Shown here: piece by piece, positions 24,441-38,107 of the stretch | Layout of the letters: every line of letters starts with the position of its first letter | Numbering within the stretch: the first letter of the stretch is position 1 | Assembly (NCBI GenBank): GCA_951406725.2 | Contig: OX597831.1 | Location: 24,862,001-24,926,000, forward strand | DNA length: 64,000 nt | Reading direction: 5' to 3' | From: Octopus vulgaris | Lineage: Eukaryota | Made by a program: the position numbers and the translations under genes | Notes under the pieces: generated by a model | The model's input: the letters and a program-made list of their open reading frames with translations, nothing else | Told to the model about the DNA's origin: nothing | Database searches by the model: none

Positions 24441-24514
24441 TGTAGGTATTTGTGTTTGTATTCATTTAATCTTTGCTACAATGAAATAGTGATTGTCATA
24501 TCATGTAAGAAGGC

Positions 24515-24743
24515 ATGATAGTGATGATGATGATCATCATCATCGTCATGTTGGTCGTGGTAATGGTTGTAGTGGTGGTGGTGGTGGTGGTGTTGTTGTT
24601 GGTGAAGATGATGTAGTATTACCCTGTAAAATATTTATTGCATTGGAAACATGCTTTGTTAGGTCTGAGAATGAAGCAATTGCAATCAGTAAATTCCATT
24701 GTGGCGGGGGGGGGGGGGTGAAGTTAACGGGTAGAGTTGTTGT

Positions 24744-24780
<37 letters not shown>

Positions 24781-25200
24781 GAGGGTTATGATGGGATAAT
24801 GGTGGGGATAATGATGACGGCGGGGGGGGGGGGGCGAGGGTTACAGAGGGACAGAAGCAATGATGGAAAGTCTGTATCGGTTCATAATGATGATGATTGA
24901 TGATAATGCAGAGGAGGAGGAGGAGGAGGAGGAAGAGGTGCAGGAGGAGGACTTCTGTAGAAATGAATGTGACAACAACGACGACGACAACGACGACGAC
25001 GATGATGATGATGATGATAAAAGGGAATAGAAGGAACGATGCTGTGATGGTGGTGATGATGATGATGATGATGATGATAACGATGATGATAATAATAAGT
25101 AACCTTAGATGGGGAATAAATTAAAATGGCTATGTCAATGATCATGCTACTGATGTCGATGATGTTGATGATGATGTTGATGATGATGTTGATGATGATG

Positions 25201-25231
<31 letters not shown>

Positions 25232-25318
25232 TGGGGATGCAAATGTCAATGCTTGTTGAAGCAACAATGATGACAAAGATGATAGTGATGATGATGGTGA
25301 AGATGATGATTATCATGC

Positions 25319-25351
<33 letters not shown>

Positions 25352-25365
25352 CGACGACGACGACC
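24515..25365. repeat. (GAT)n/(GGT)n/(GGA)n/(GAC)n low-complexity field
   Basis: Direct inspection. Confidence 0.95.
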
Positions 25366-25509
25366 AAGCTAACAATGGCTAGGATTGAAACTAGTAGAAT
25401 ATCTAAGTAAGTAGAGATGCTTCTCTTGTCTCCAGAGAATATCTCTCTGCTCTGATTCATTACCAGAACTGCTTTTTGCCATTGAAAAGGTCTTTTGTCA
25501 CCTTGTAAG

Positions 25510-25575
25510 ACAGCCCAACATTGTCTTTAACATTCGCTAAATACACATGCACGCACACATACAGTGTGAGTCCAT

Positions 25576-25620
<45 letters not shown>

Positions 25621-25736
25621 TACACACCTCTCTATATATATATATACATATAAATACACACACACACACAGCCCAACATTGTCTTTAACATTCGCTAAAT
25701 ACACATGCACGCACACATACAGTGTGAGTCTTCTAT

Positions 25737-25779
<43 letters not shown>

Positions 25780-25862
25780 TACACACCTCTCTCTATATAT
25801 AGATACATATAAATACACATACACACACACACACATATATATATGTACGCTCACTCTCATGC

Positions 25863-25896
<34 letters not shown>

Positions 25897-26044
25897 CTAT
25901 ATATGCACTCACACCTATATACATATATATATTTATATACATACATACACACATATATATATATATACACACCTCTCTATATATATATACATATAAATAC
26001 ACACACACACACACACATATATATATGTACGCTCACTCTCATGC

Positions 26045-26077
<33 letters not shown>

Positions 26078-26162
26078 TATATATGCATTCACACCTATAT
26101 ACATACATACATATATATATATACATACATACATACACATATATATATATATATATATACAC

Positions 26163-26193
<31 letters not shown>

Positions 26194-26427
26194 CATGCAT
26201 GCATGTACAAATTCAATTATTGTAGTGCTGAGATTACACTATTTATACTCAGAGTTTTACTATTATTGCTATCACGTAACCTGATCATGTAATTGGGAAT
26301 GTGTATAGACATACACATACCCACACACACACATTTTATGTCGTGCATATATATATATGTGCATGTATATATATATATATATATATGTATGTATATGTAT
26401 ATATATTTTTATATGCTTGCAAGCACA

Positions 26428-26511
<84 letters not shown>

Positions 26512-26590
26512 CATACATACATACACACACATGCAGAGACATATATATATACACATACGTGCTCAGGAATTTGCATATACACACACATTT
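25510..26590. repeat. (TA/CA)n field with internal tandem duplications
   Basis: ACAGCCCAACATTGTCTTTAACATTCGCTAAATAC.. at 25510 and 25668; GTACGCTCACTCTCATGC at 25845 and 26027. Confidence 0.9.
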
Positions 26591-27254
26591 GTATTTGTGA
26601 TTTTCATTGTTGAACCAGGACCACCCCCGCCTCCCCCGTCACCCCAGCCTCCCCCCGCCATCCCCACCTGACTTCGATTAATATCATATTGATTTCTGTT
26701 TTTATCCTTCATCTTTTCTTGCCTCCTCTTACTCCACCTCCCCCCTCGCCCCCCTCTTCCCGCCACTCAACACATTATTCAGTTTACATTTTCTCATTCA
26801 CTAAACCAAATAGATTTCTTTTATATTGAATCCACTTTAGAGTATGGCTAGCTGTGGGGGTGGTCATGGTGGTGGAGGAGATACAGTCGTAGGTGTTGGC
26901 GTTGGTGGATGCGATAATGTTTGGTAGCAATAGTGACAGTCTTAATGGTCACTGTGTTGATGTTGGTCACAATAGTAGCAGCGATGACGGTCATCTTAAT
27001 AATAACCATAATGGTTGTAGTGATGATGATGATGATGGTATTCTTCATAGTCATGGTAATGTTGATGGTCATAGATGTAATGGTAGCGGTGTGTTACTCT
27101 TATTGTTAGTAGCGAAGGAATTGTTCGGAAAACCAGCAATGCATACCCAACGCTTTAAATTAGACATCCACTACTGACCGTCGAACTCACTTCGGTCTTT
27201 AAACCGATTCCTCTAATTCCCTTCCTGTGTTATGAGACAGCAAGTTACTGAGAA

Positions 27255-27314
<60 letters not shown>

Positions 27315-27624
27315 TAATCCTTTTGATATCATTCTACAAAACATGGTCTTTGCTTCACTGATACAAACTGCATGTTAAAGTATTCATAATTTCATTACAG
27401 CCTTATCGCATAATCTTAAGTTATGCTCCAAACACCAGCTTAATAATAGACAAAATTATAGCGAATATCCACATGTGATATGCTATCATATATTATTCAT
27501 ATAAAATAATTTTTTTAGCTTAAATTGTTTTAAAAATTTTATAATTCTGAGGAGTGGCAGGGGGAACAGAGATGAAATTACCTAAGAGACACAACAAAAA
27601 TACTACAAGATTCATTTGGATGAC

Positions 27625-28120
27625 TTACTCTTTTGCTCTTTAACTTGTTTCAGCCATTTGACTGTGGCCATGCTGGGGCATTGCCTTTAGTCAAGCAAAT
27701 CGACCCCAGGACTTATTCTTTGTAAGCCTAATACTTATTCTATCGGTCTCTTTTGCCGAACCACAAAGTTATGGGGATGTAAACACACCAACATCAGTTG
27801 TCGATTAAATAAGTACCCGTTACACACTGGGGTCAATATAATCGACTTAATCCGTTTGTCTGTCCTTGTTTGTCCCCTCTGTGTGTAGCCCCTTGTGGGC
27901 AGTAAAGAAATAAGAAATAAGAAACATTAGCACGCTGGGCGAAAAGCTTAGCAGTATTTCGTCTGTCTTTATGTTCTGAGTTCAAATTACACCAAAGTCA
28001 ACTTTGCCTTTTATCGTTTTAGCATTGATAAATTAAGTACCAGTTGTGTACTGGAGTTGAGCTGATCAACTGGCCCCCTCCCACAAAATTTCGGGCCTTG
28101 TACCTAGAGTAGAAAAGAAT
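27625..28120. mobile_element. SINE A 3' fragment (minus) fused to a SINE B partial dimer (plus)
   Basis: A tail 27625-27802, then B body from 27803 with a restart at GAAACATTAGCAC (about 27920). Confidence 0.8.
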
Positions 28121-28271
28121 ATACTGCATAGGAACTTTTCTTTATTAGCTTGATCTGGTGAAAGAAATTGTTCAACAGCCATCAGAGGATCTCCAAGATG
28201 GGTGAAATCAACACAGTTGATACACTGAATGCTTAGTATACAAAAGACTATATTCTAGATATCCAATTCTA

Positions 28272-28706
28272 AGCGTAGGAGTGGCTGTGTGGTAAGTAGT
28301 TTGCTTACCAACCACATGGTTCCGGGTTCAATCCCACTGAATTTTCTTGCCTCTGCCTCCACCCCCCACTCCCGCTTCTCCCTCAGGCCGACCAAAGACT
28401 TGTGAGTGGATTGCTCAGAATTATAAAATTTTTAAAACTGAAAGAACCCCGTCGTATATATGTATATATATATATGTGTGTATATATGTTTGTGTGTTTG
28501 TGTTTGTCCCCCAACATCACTTGACAACCGATGCTGGTGTATTTATGTCCCCGTAACTTAGCAGTTCAGCAAAAGAGACTGATAGAATAATTACTAGGCT
28601 TACAAAGAATAAGTTCTGGGGTCGATTTGCTCGACTAAAGGCGGTGCTCCAGCACGGTCGCAGTCAATCGATTGAAACAAGTAAAAGAGTAAAAGAGAGT
28701 AAAGAG
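28272..28706 (+). mobile_element. SINE family A with an internal C-rich replacement
   Basis: Head, B-box and tail intact; 28340-28381 replaced by pyrimidine-rich sequence. Confidence 0.88.
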
Positions 28707-28742
28707 TATATAATGCATATTTGATTCATTATATATTACATA

Positions 28743-29126
28743 TCTCTCTCTATATAAACGGCAGTTTGTCTGTGCGTGTTTCTGTGTGTCTGTTTGTTTG
28801 TACCCTCACCCTGACCACGGCTTTCAACCGATTCTGATGAAACTTGACACACACATAGCCCAATGTCATAATTCAAAACTAACGCAGCGAAAATTTTGAA
28901 AAGTTCCCCCACTTCTGAAAAACATCGATAAATTCGACATGGGGTCAAGAATCAGAAACACAAAACACAAACTGTCTAGGGGACGCAACTCCACCTTTTT
29001 TAACTCTCAAAAAAAAATTTACCATCATTTTTTTCCATTTTTTGCTATTTTTTGGCTATAACTCTCTAAAAATGCTTTATAGTTATTTCCCTTACAAACC
29101 TGAGCAACGCCGGGCGATACTGCTAG
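28743..29126 (+). mobile_element. Non-autonomous Helitron, second subfamily
   Basis: A|TC start; 3' CCTGAGCAACGCCGGG hairpin-like segment then CGATACTGCTAG|T; 3' end shared with 1042-1416. Confidence 0.87.
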
Positions 29127-29663
29127 TCCTAAATATATTAACCATCTGGAATGTCTTTATGCAGTGACTTAACCAGTTAGAAATATCTGCCAAATCCCCA
29201 ACAAAATGCTTCATTCTATATTTAAAAAGGAATGACAATTAAACAGTGTAGTTCTAAATGTATAATATCTGGATAAAAGACAAGATGATCAAAGTCAGAA
29301 TAGTTTTGGTCAAAGGTCTTTTTGATTCGGTATGTCTAAGGGGCTAAACAGCAACCAGTAAATAGTAGTGTGAAATTAGATCTTCATTATCTTTCATGTA
29401 ATCATAGCTGATGGTATTTTATGACAACCATATAGACATTTCATTGTTTTAGGTTTCACAGACCAACTCTGTTAAATTACAATTAACCAACTTTATTAAT
29501 CAATGTATTGACATATGACACACACAGTAATGAAAAGAACTTTTATTTAGTTTCTTGACCTGGTCATTGTAACGTACGTGAGTCTGCGTGTACATATGTA
29601 TATTTACATACATGCATACATACATGCATACATATATATATGTGTATATATATATATATATGT

Positions 29664-29712
<49 letters not shown>

Positions 29713-29777
29713 TGTATATATATGCACATGTATATATGTACATATATATATATGTACATGTATATATATATATATAT

Positions 29778-29811
<34 letters not shown>

Positions 29812-29813
29812 AC

Positions 29814-29930
<117 letters not shown>

Positions 29931-30242
29931 ATATATATATATATATATATAACTACACACATACACATACATGCAGACATATGCACACACACAACACACA
30001 CACTCTCACACACACACACACTCACACACACAAAGATATGTACACATGCACACAAGCATTTATGTTTAAGAACACAACTACTCAAAACAAATAATAAAGT
30101 TTACATACTCATTAAACTCTTAGATATGATACCGTTGCTACACATACTTTTGCGTTTCTAGAATTCATGGCAATGAGCTATTAAAGATTCAGCAAGGTTC
30201 AACTGGTGCAAAACATTCCTATAATAAATGAAATGACAGTGT

Positions 30243-30631
30243 GCTCATAATAAATAACAGGATAACAGGACAACATGCCCAAAATAAATAATAGGACAAC
30301 ATGCTCAGAATAAATAATAAAACATGCCCATGATAAATAACTATAGAAGTGTCGTCAATAAATAACAGGACAACATGCTCATAAATGAAAGGACAACATA
30401 CTCACAATAAATAATAGGACAACATGCTCAGAATGAATAATAGGACAACATGCCCATGATAAATAACTATAGAAGTGTCCTCAATAAATAACACGACAAC
30501 ATGCTCACAATAAATAATAGGACAACATGCTCACAATAAATAATAGGACAACATGCTCACAAAAAATAATAGGAAAACATGTTCACAATGAATAATAGGA
30601 CAACATGTTCAGAATAAATAATAGGACAGCA
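30243..30631. repeat. Minisatellite, ~23-bp unit AATAAATAATAGGACAACATGCTCAC-like
   Basis: Many degenerate tandem units, including a repeated higher-order variant ACTATAGAAGTGTC. Confidence 0.9.
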
Positions 30632-30892
30632 TCATCATCATCATCATCATTGTTTAACGTCCGTTTTCCGTGCTAGCACGGGTTGGACGGTTCGACCGGG
30701 GTCTGGGAAGCCAGGGGCTGCACCAGGCTCCAGTCTGATCTGGCAGTGTTTCTACAGTTGGATGCCCTTCCTAACGCCAACCACTCCGCGAGTGTAGTGG
30801 GTGCTTTTTACTTGCCATTGGCACAGGTGCCAGGGTAGTCTGGCATCGGCCACGATCGGTTGGTGCTTTTAACGTGCCACCAGCATGGGGCA
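30631..30892 (-). mobile_element. Family C element
   Basis: (CAT)n tail and body match 22069-22400 in reverse complement. Confidence 0.85.
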
Positions 30893-31888
30893 TGCCCATA
30901 ATTAATAAAAGAAATAGTTTATATGAAGTAATACTGAGACATGTCTGTAATACACAATGGGAAAACATAATGAAGTTGTTATGATTATTTCTAATTCGAC
31001 CTCATGATTGTTAGGGCTACAGAGAAATTTAAGTCAGAGAACTGTGAGTCAATACTTTCTTCATTGCTCAGCCGTTCCTTGCCATTCCTTGCCATCCCCA
31101 CCATTTCAAGACTGTGTTTAACTTGTACTAATCTGTCTAATGCCATTAACTGTCTCTTTCATTACAATACTGAAGCATCATTGTATCGCTTTATTAAAAG
31201 AGAGGAGAGCAGAAAAGATATAAAGAAATTTGTCTGTCTTTAAACCCATTTTCAACTGGACATGGACACATGCGTGCACACACACACACACACAAACACA
31301 CGAGTGTGTCATCATCATTGCAATTTTGGTCTATTTTCTTGTCATCACATTAAACAGACTTAAATTTGTCATTAAACGGTGGCATCGAAACCGAGTACAG
31401 ACATTAAACATTTCTTTGAATTATTATTATTAGAACTAACGTCTACTTTCAGAGAGAAACAATTGTGATTAAATGAGATATTCCTTCTAATAAATCTCTT
31501 TTTATATAATATTGCAACATGTAATAAAATATTTGATGACATACAAAGGAGTGGTGCAAAAGTAAAATTATTGGTCTCCTGTATTGAAGAATATATGAAC
31601 TATGTTGCTATTCATTTATGAACCTGTGTTAGATGGTTTGATCTCCGTACTAAATTGAGTTTATCAATTATAATATGGAACGATTTTTGAAAATATGAGA
31701 GTGGTGGATAGTTAGTGTCATAAAAACAGTTGGAGAAGGTGTCCGAATGCAAAAATATGGAAAATAGGAAACTGAGAAAGTTCAGTGTCAAAATTAATGG
31801 CCAATAGTATAATGTTATATGGCTGTATACTTGTGTTTATGTATGTGTGCATTTGTGCTTGTATGTCTAAGTATGTATGTATGTATAC

Positions 31889-31927
<39 letters not shown>

Positions 31928-31941
31928 TACATATACATAAA

Positions 31942-31993
<52 letters not shown>

Positions 31994-31996
<3 letters not shown>

Positions 31997-32442
31997 TAGA
32001 AAAAAACCCTTTTATCAATTCAAAATGAACAATTAAATTACACCATCTAGAAAATTACATACAATAGAAATATTGAAATTAAAATAACAATAAAATACTA
32101 ATGATTAAGTAAATTGCAAAAAAATAATAAAAACGTATAAAATCATTTCTTAAATATAGCCACGAAACACGTGTCGTTATTCTACCAATTATATACGTTT
32201 TTATTATTTTTTTGCAATTTACTTAATCATTGGTATTTTATTGTTATTTTAATTTTAATATTTCTATTATATGTAATTTTCTAGATGGTGTAATTTAATT
32301 GTTCATTTTGAATTGATAAAAAGTGTTTTTTTCTAATTATATATACATATATATATTATATTGTGGGAAATTTGATTTAGTATTTCTAAATTGAATTTTT
32401 TTCCCTGTAAGTTAGGATTAATACTCCCTCAAATAATTATTA
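31994..32442. mobile_element. Fold-back insertion between (TA)n tracts with hammerhead 3' half
   Basis: ~146-bp inverted arms 31994-32139 / 32192-32338; spacer contains GAAACACGTGTC; tail TTCCCTGTAAGTT.GGATT shared with about 53368-53388. Confidence 0.72.
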
Positions 32443-32557
<115 letters not shown>

Positions 32558-32773
32558 GTAGATAGATAGATAGATAGATAAACAAACTTGTTGACCTATG
32601 GCCAGAGAGGCCATAGGCCAACGACTTTAGGGTCCACTTTATGGGCATGAAATGCAGGATAACACCTTAGATCAGCCATATCTATCATTAACTATATATC
32701 CTACTGCTCCATAATTTAGAGTGTGCTTTTTGGGAGGGATTTATGATTTACTGAAGATATATATACATATATG

Positions 32774-32817
<44 letters not shown>

Positions 32818-33161
32818 AACACACACGCACACACACACATATTTATAATGTATGTATACATATATACACTGCACGTTGATTTTTTTCTCAGTGTATATGA
32901 TTAATCTTTGGTGAATTAACATTTCAGGAGATCTCATTTTGCCTGATCTCAGGAAACATTTTCATTAACTCTAATAGTATATTTTCTCATTAGGGTATTT
33001 AATTTCAATCAACTAAAAATTATACTCAGCTCACTGCCTTGGGTATTGTAGCATGTAATTAACCTCAGAGTCTTGGTGTACATGCTAATCTTAGCAAATT
33101 TTCCATTGGCATTTTATGCATGTGTGCATGAATATATGTGTCTGTGAGTGTGTTTGTGTGT

Positions 33162-33208
<47 letters not shown>

Positions 33209-33826
33209 CATCATCATCACTTGGTGTCCATTTTCCATGCTGGCATGGGTTAGATGGATTGAGTGGAACTGGTAAGCCAGAGAACTGCATCAGACTCCAG
33301 TCTGATTTTGGCTAAGTTTCTACTGCTGGATGCTCTTCCTAATACCACCTACTCCCCAGCGTGTACCAGTGCCTTTAATGTGTCTCCAACACAGCTGCCT
33401 GTAACACATCACGGCCATGACTACAATTTCTCTAAGTTTGATGTATCTTCTTCTCAAGCTTGATGTATACACGCACATACATACAATAGTGTCAAATAGT
33501 AAGAATGAGCACTCAAAATTGCATTTGGTACATAAATCAGTTTTGAGCATCAAACAAAGCAACCAATGGTTTCACCTGGTAATTCACCACATTCTTCAAA
33601 CGATCCACTTTACAATGCTGGTAATCGTCTCCACTTAGGTTGAGTGTGTGAGTATATATATATATATAAACACGCATACATACACATATATACACATGCA
33701 CACATCTCAGCATGGAAGGCAGATATTAAACAATGATGATGGTGATATATATATATATACATACATAAATAAATACACGTCTATACACATATACAGATAT
33801 ATGTATATCTATATATATATATATAT

Positions 33827-33870
<44 letters not shown>

Positions 33871-34057
33871 TCATCATTTAACATCTGCCTCCCATACTGA
33901 GATGTGTGCATGTGTGTGTATATTTGTATATGCCTATAGATGTGTGTGTGTATATATATAACAGGAAAGTTTACAAAAATAAACAAAAGACGAAGGCAGG
34001 AGGAGTACAAACAAACAAATGCATTAGTATAGTGCTCAGGAATAGAAATAGAAAAAG

Positions 34058-34095
34058 TCTTTTACGTTTCGAGCCTACGCTCTTCGACAGAAAGA
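34058..34095 (-). ncRNA. Minimal type I hammerhead motif (A6->U variant)
   Basis: Minus strand: TCTTT-CTGTCGA-A-GAGC gtag GCTC-GAAA-CG-TA^AAAGA; lies in a ~180 bp insert between (TA)n tracts. Confidence 0.7.
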
Positions 34096-34637
34096 TACAC
34101 AGAAAAAATAAGGAGAGAAAAAATTGTGTGTACGAGCTAATATTTGTATATATATATGTATATATATGTGTGTGTGTTCATGTGTGTGTATATATACGTA
34201 TATATGTGCATATATATAATTTAATCAACTAAAATGTTTCCAAACCAACTTCCCATAACAATCTGACATCCCACTCATATACACACACCCAAAGATTATT
34301 TTAATTCTACAGGGACCATATAAAAGCAAGACTAACCCTAATGCATCACAGTCCAATGATGGCTAAATTAGGCTGAAACTTCGAAGTCCCACTCAACAAC
34401 ATTCTCGGATAAGAATAATAGATTTATGTTCCACAAAAGTATAGAGTAACTCATCAGATGCCTGTAAAACTGCTTTTGTTATATAACTGAACATAGAAAC
34501 AAACATTAATTTATATATATGTGTGTGTGTATATATCATATGTTTTATATATATATGTATAGACAGATTTGATATAGATATCTGTGAGTGTGATTGTGTG
34601 CCTGTGTGCGTGAGGGTGTCTCTCTCATTCTCTCACA

Positions 34638-34716
<79 letters not shown>

Positions 34717-35267
34717 TACAAACACATTATGATGATGATTATGATAAGCACACTCACAAACAGTGAATTCAGCGATATTTGGAAAGCAATTAAAATGACA
34801 TTGTCTGAAGATTTATATATTTATGACACCTTCATCAATATGATATATTTATTATATTTTTCTCTGTAATATAATACTTCAGTTCTTTGCATTTTGTTCT
34901 CAGACTAAAACTCTACATCCATTTTATAGTTGCCATTGTTGTTTTTCTTCAACTCTACACTGATTTGATCAGACCTATGGTCAGTGGTCATCAAACATTT
35001 TAGATGTCTGAGTCTATATTGTCCAACATGTTTTTATTGTTTTATGGTAGTAAACTGGGAGTTAAGAGGATTTTAGAGGAACCATAGAAAAGTGTAATCT
35101 CAGGTTCAACGTATCTTTTGTTAATAGGGGAAGCAATTCAACTTCTTGTACATACTAATTCGACTCCTGTCAAGCATTTATGATATGAAATATAAAGAAC
35201 ATATCTTAACCCTTTACCATTCTGATAACTTTGTCAAATGTAATGCTTATGTATTCATGTTTCTTTG

Positions 35268-35525
35268 TTTAGCGTCCGCTTTCCATGATAGCATGGGTTG
35301 GACAGTTCAACTGGGGTCTGGGAAGCCAGAAGGCTGCACCAGGCCCAGTCTGATCTGGCAATGTTTCTATGGCTGGATGCCCTTCCTAACGCCAACCACT
35401 CCGTGAGCGTAGTGGGTGCTTTTTACGTGCCACCGGCACAGGTGCAAGACGAGACTGGCAAACGGCCACGATTGGATGGTGCTTTTTACGTGCCACCGGC
35501 ACGGGGGCCAGCGAGGCTGACAACG
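35268..35525 (-). mobile_element. Family C element
   Basis: Matches 22069-22400 in reverse complement. Confidence 0.85.
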
Positions 35526-35564
35526 GTTTGAATTAATCATACATTATCTTGAAGCTTTTAGATT

Positions 35565-35947
35565 TTGTTAATATGATTGGTAACAAAGGGGCTCTCCATC
35601 AAAATGAAAGCCAGACTCTGTGTTGCCTGTGTGTGAAAAGCCACGCTCCACAGCAGTGAAATGTGGGCCGTGACTGCTGAGGATTTGTGAATGTTTGTAA
35701 GAAATGAAGCTTGTGTGTTTCGCTGGATGTCTAATGTCAGTGTGCATGAGTAACAGAGTGTAAGTGTCTTGAGGAAAAAACTGAGCATAAGCGACATCAG
35801 ATGTGGTGTGCATTAGAGACGAATGGTCATATGATGTGTATGGATGACATCAGTTGTGTAAAGAAGTGCCAATCTCTAACTGTGGAGGAAACCTGTAGAA
35901 GTGGTAGACCCAGAAAGATATGAGTTGAGGCGGTGAAGCATGATCTT
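35565..35947 (+). pseudogene. Degenerate RTE-clade LINE ORF C-terminal fragment
   Basis: Translates with stops LVTKGLSIKMKARLCVACV*KATLHSSEMWAVTAEDL..RNEACVFRWM..; later GHMMCMDDISCVKKCQSLTVEETCRSGRPRK, resembling RTE YGSETW and GRGRPRKTW motifs. Confidence 0.8.
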
Positions 35948-36869
35948 GACAACCGATGCTGGTGTGTTTACGTCCCCATAACTTAGCGGTTCGGCAAGAG
36001 AGACCGATAAAATAAGTATTAGGCTTACAAAGAATAAGTCCTGGGGTCGATTTGCCCGACTAAAGGCGGTGCTCCAGCATGGCCACAGTCAAATAACTGA
36101 AACAAGTAAAAGAGTAAAAGAGAGAGAGAGAGAGTAATGCTTCTACATTTGTGTTCTAAAGCCATTGTCATAAATATTATCATATCATTATAGTCATTAT
36201 CAACATTGTTGTGTTTATCATTATCACTAGCATAAACTTCATATCCAATTTGTGGAGAACTTCGACAGTGTGGGATTTCAAATTTGATAATGGGGAAAAA
36301 AAAGATTTGCTTGCAGCTGAGGGGTTTCCCCACATTTGATCTAAAGTATGAAATCTAACGACAGCATGTGACAGTGGATAAACAGACCGAGTTTAGTTTG
36401 AACATTAATTTAATGATTTCTTGATTAACTGCCTCTTTGTTACAGGTTAAGTCAAGCTGATCTGCAACATCAAGAAAATGTCCATTTAGCACCACTCAGC
36501 TGCAATACAACATACCACTATACAATATCACATTGACAGTGATGTATCTGATAACAGCAAAAAATATCTAGCTCAGCAACAGCTTTCAAACAATCGTCAA
36601 AAATAAACTACTTCACTCATTTGTCATTGTCATTATTGTTCTTTTATCCTTATTAATCATCATTAATCATCGCCCTCATCTACAGATATTGCAAAAAATA
36701 ATTCAAAATGCTGCATTTTTTTTCTGTTGTTAGTCAACCAGAATTCACAAATAATTTCATATATTGATACCGATAGGTATTCACAGAGACAGAGATGAAA
36801 CTAGAACAAATCCAGCTCTTCCACACATCATATACTTCTTTCTTTTATTTTTTTCTAAGTTGCTCTTTA

Positions 36870-37520
36870 TAATAGTAATAATGAAATTGTTGTACGCAGT
36901 GCTCAGGTGCACCACAACTTGTCAAAAGTGCGTATAAAGTATATGCAGTAATGTACAAATGTCTGGAAAGTGAACAGTGTATGAGTCAGATACATGCTTG
37001 TATGTGTATGGTTTTGTAGTGTTGGCAAATCTCAGAAAGCATGAAAGTTTTGAAGGATGCAGTGCTCTAACAACCGATGCTGGAAGTTTGTTCCATGCTT
37101 CAGCAACTCTTAGTGTGAAAAAAATGTTTCCGAAAGTCATGGGAACTGTGCTGTTTTCTGACTTTGTAAACATGTCCACGGGTGTTAGACAGATGGAGTT
37201 TGAAAAGGTGCTCAGAGTTATTCTTGGTAAGATGGTTAATAATTTTATGGGTGTCTGCCAAGTCAGCTGCCAGACGTTGGAGTTTCAATGTAGCCATGCC
37301 CAGGGAAGTAAGGCATTCAGAATATGGCAGATGCCTGATGGAGGGTATTCTCTTGGTTGCACGTCGCTGAACAGCTTCTGGATGATTAATATCCTGGGCA
37401 AGATAGAGGTTCCAGACCAGTGATGCAAATTCCAGGTGAGGTTGAACCATAGCTATATAAAGCCGCAGATAGATAGCCGGAGAGCGGCTCACAAAGGACT
37501 TGGTGAGTGATGCCAAGACA
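36870..37520 (-). pseudogene. CR1-clade LINE 3' fragment (RT C-terminus plus 3' UTR)
   Basis: ORF 37100-37516: LYIAMVQPHLEFASLVWN..EAVQRRATKRIP..YSECL..TRGH..RKHFF, then frameshifted RVAEAWNKLP; typical CR1 motifs; (ATT)n-like tail. Confidence 0.88.
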
Positions 37521-38076
37521 TGTCATTTATAATAAGTACATTTAATGTACATGTTTTTGTGTTTAGAGCTACATACAAAGAATTTGTATTCAAGAAATTT
37601 GCTTTGCAATTATAAGGTCACTGTTTCAATTTCACTGCGAGGCATCTTGGCCAAGCATCTTTTAAAATAGCCTTAAGTCAACCGGAGCCTTGTGGGTAAA
37701 ACTGGGTAGATAGGAACAGGATTCCTGTGTTGGAAAGACTGTATCTGTTATGGAAAGGGCCGGCATTGTCACACACTCTGTTATGCTGATTCTACATGAG
37801 GATTACATTAAAGGTATCTGTGTCTTTAGAATACTCAGCTATATGCGAGAATACAATAAGCCGATTGAAATACTAGAATAATCATCATTTAAACTGACAA
37901 AATTCATCTACTTTTACTTGGTTTGTATGTTTGTACATTTGACTACATACGTATGTGCATATGTATGTGCGCGTGTGTGTGTGTGTTGTGCTTGGGTATT
38001 TAAACAGTAGCACCCCAATATGAACATGCTCATATGCAAATGCATGTATTTAAATTTTGCATATATATATAGATGG

Positions 38077-38107
<31 letters not shown>

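Noticed and set aside
24493-25460. Poly-D/G/M/H ORFs resembling low-complexity proteins
   Set aside because: Trinucleotide repeat fields open in several frames on both strands, with no splice or domain support; likewise 5208-5686, 44191-44821 and 60024-60381.
30243-30631. Regular repeats that might suggest a CRISPR array
   Set aside because: Contiguous tandem units with no unique spacers, eukaryotic context and no cas genes.
34425-34462. CTGATGA on the minus strand
   Set aside because: No properly placed GAAA or helix I, so not counted as a hammerhead.
36420-36536. Acceptor-like TTTGTTACAG followed by a 29-codon frame (LSQADLQHQENVHL..)
   Set aside because: No recognisable homology and no partner exons; cannot be supported.
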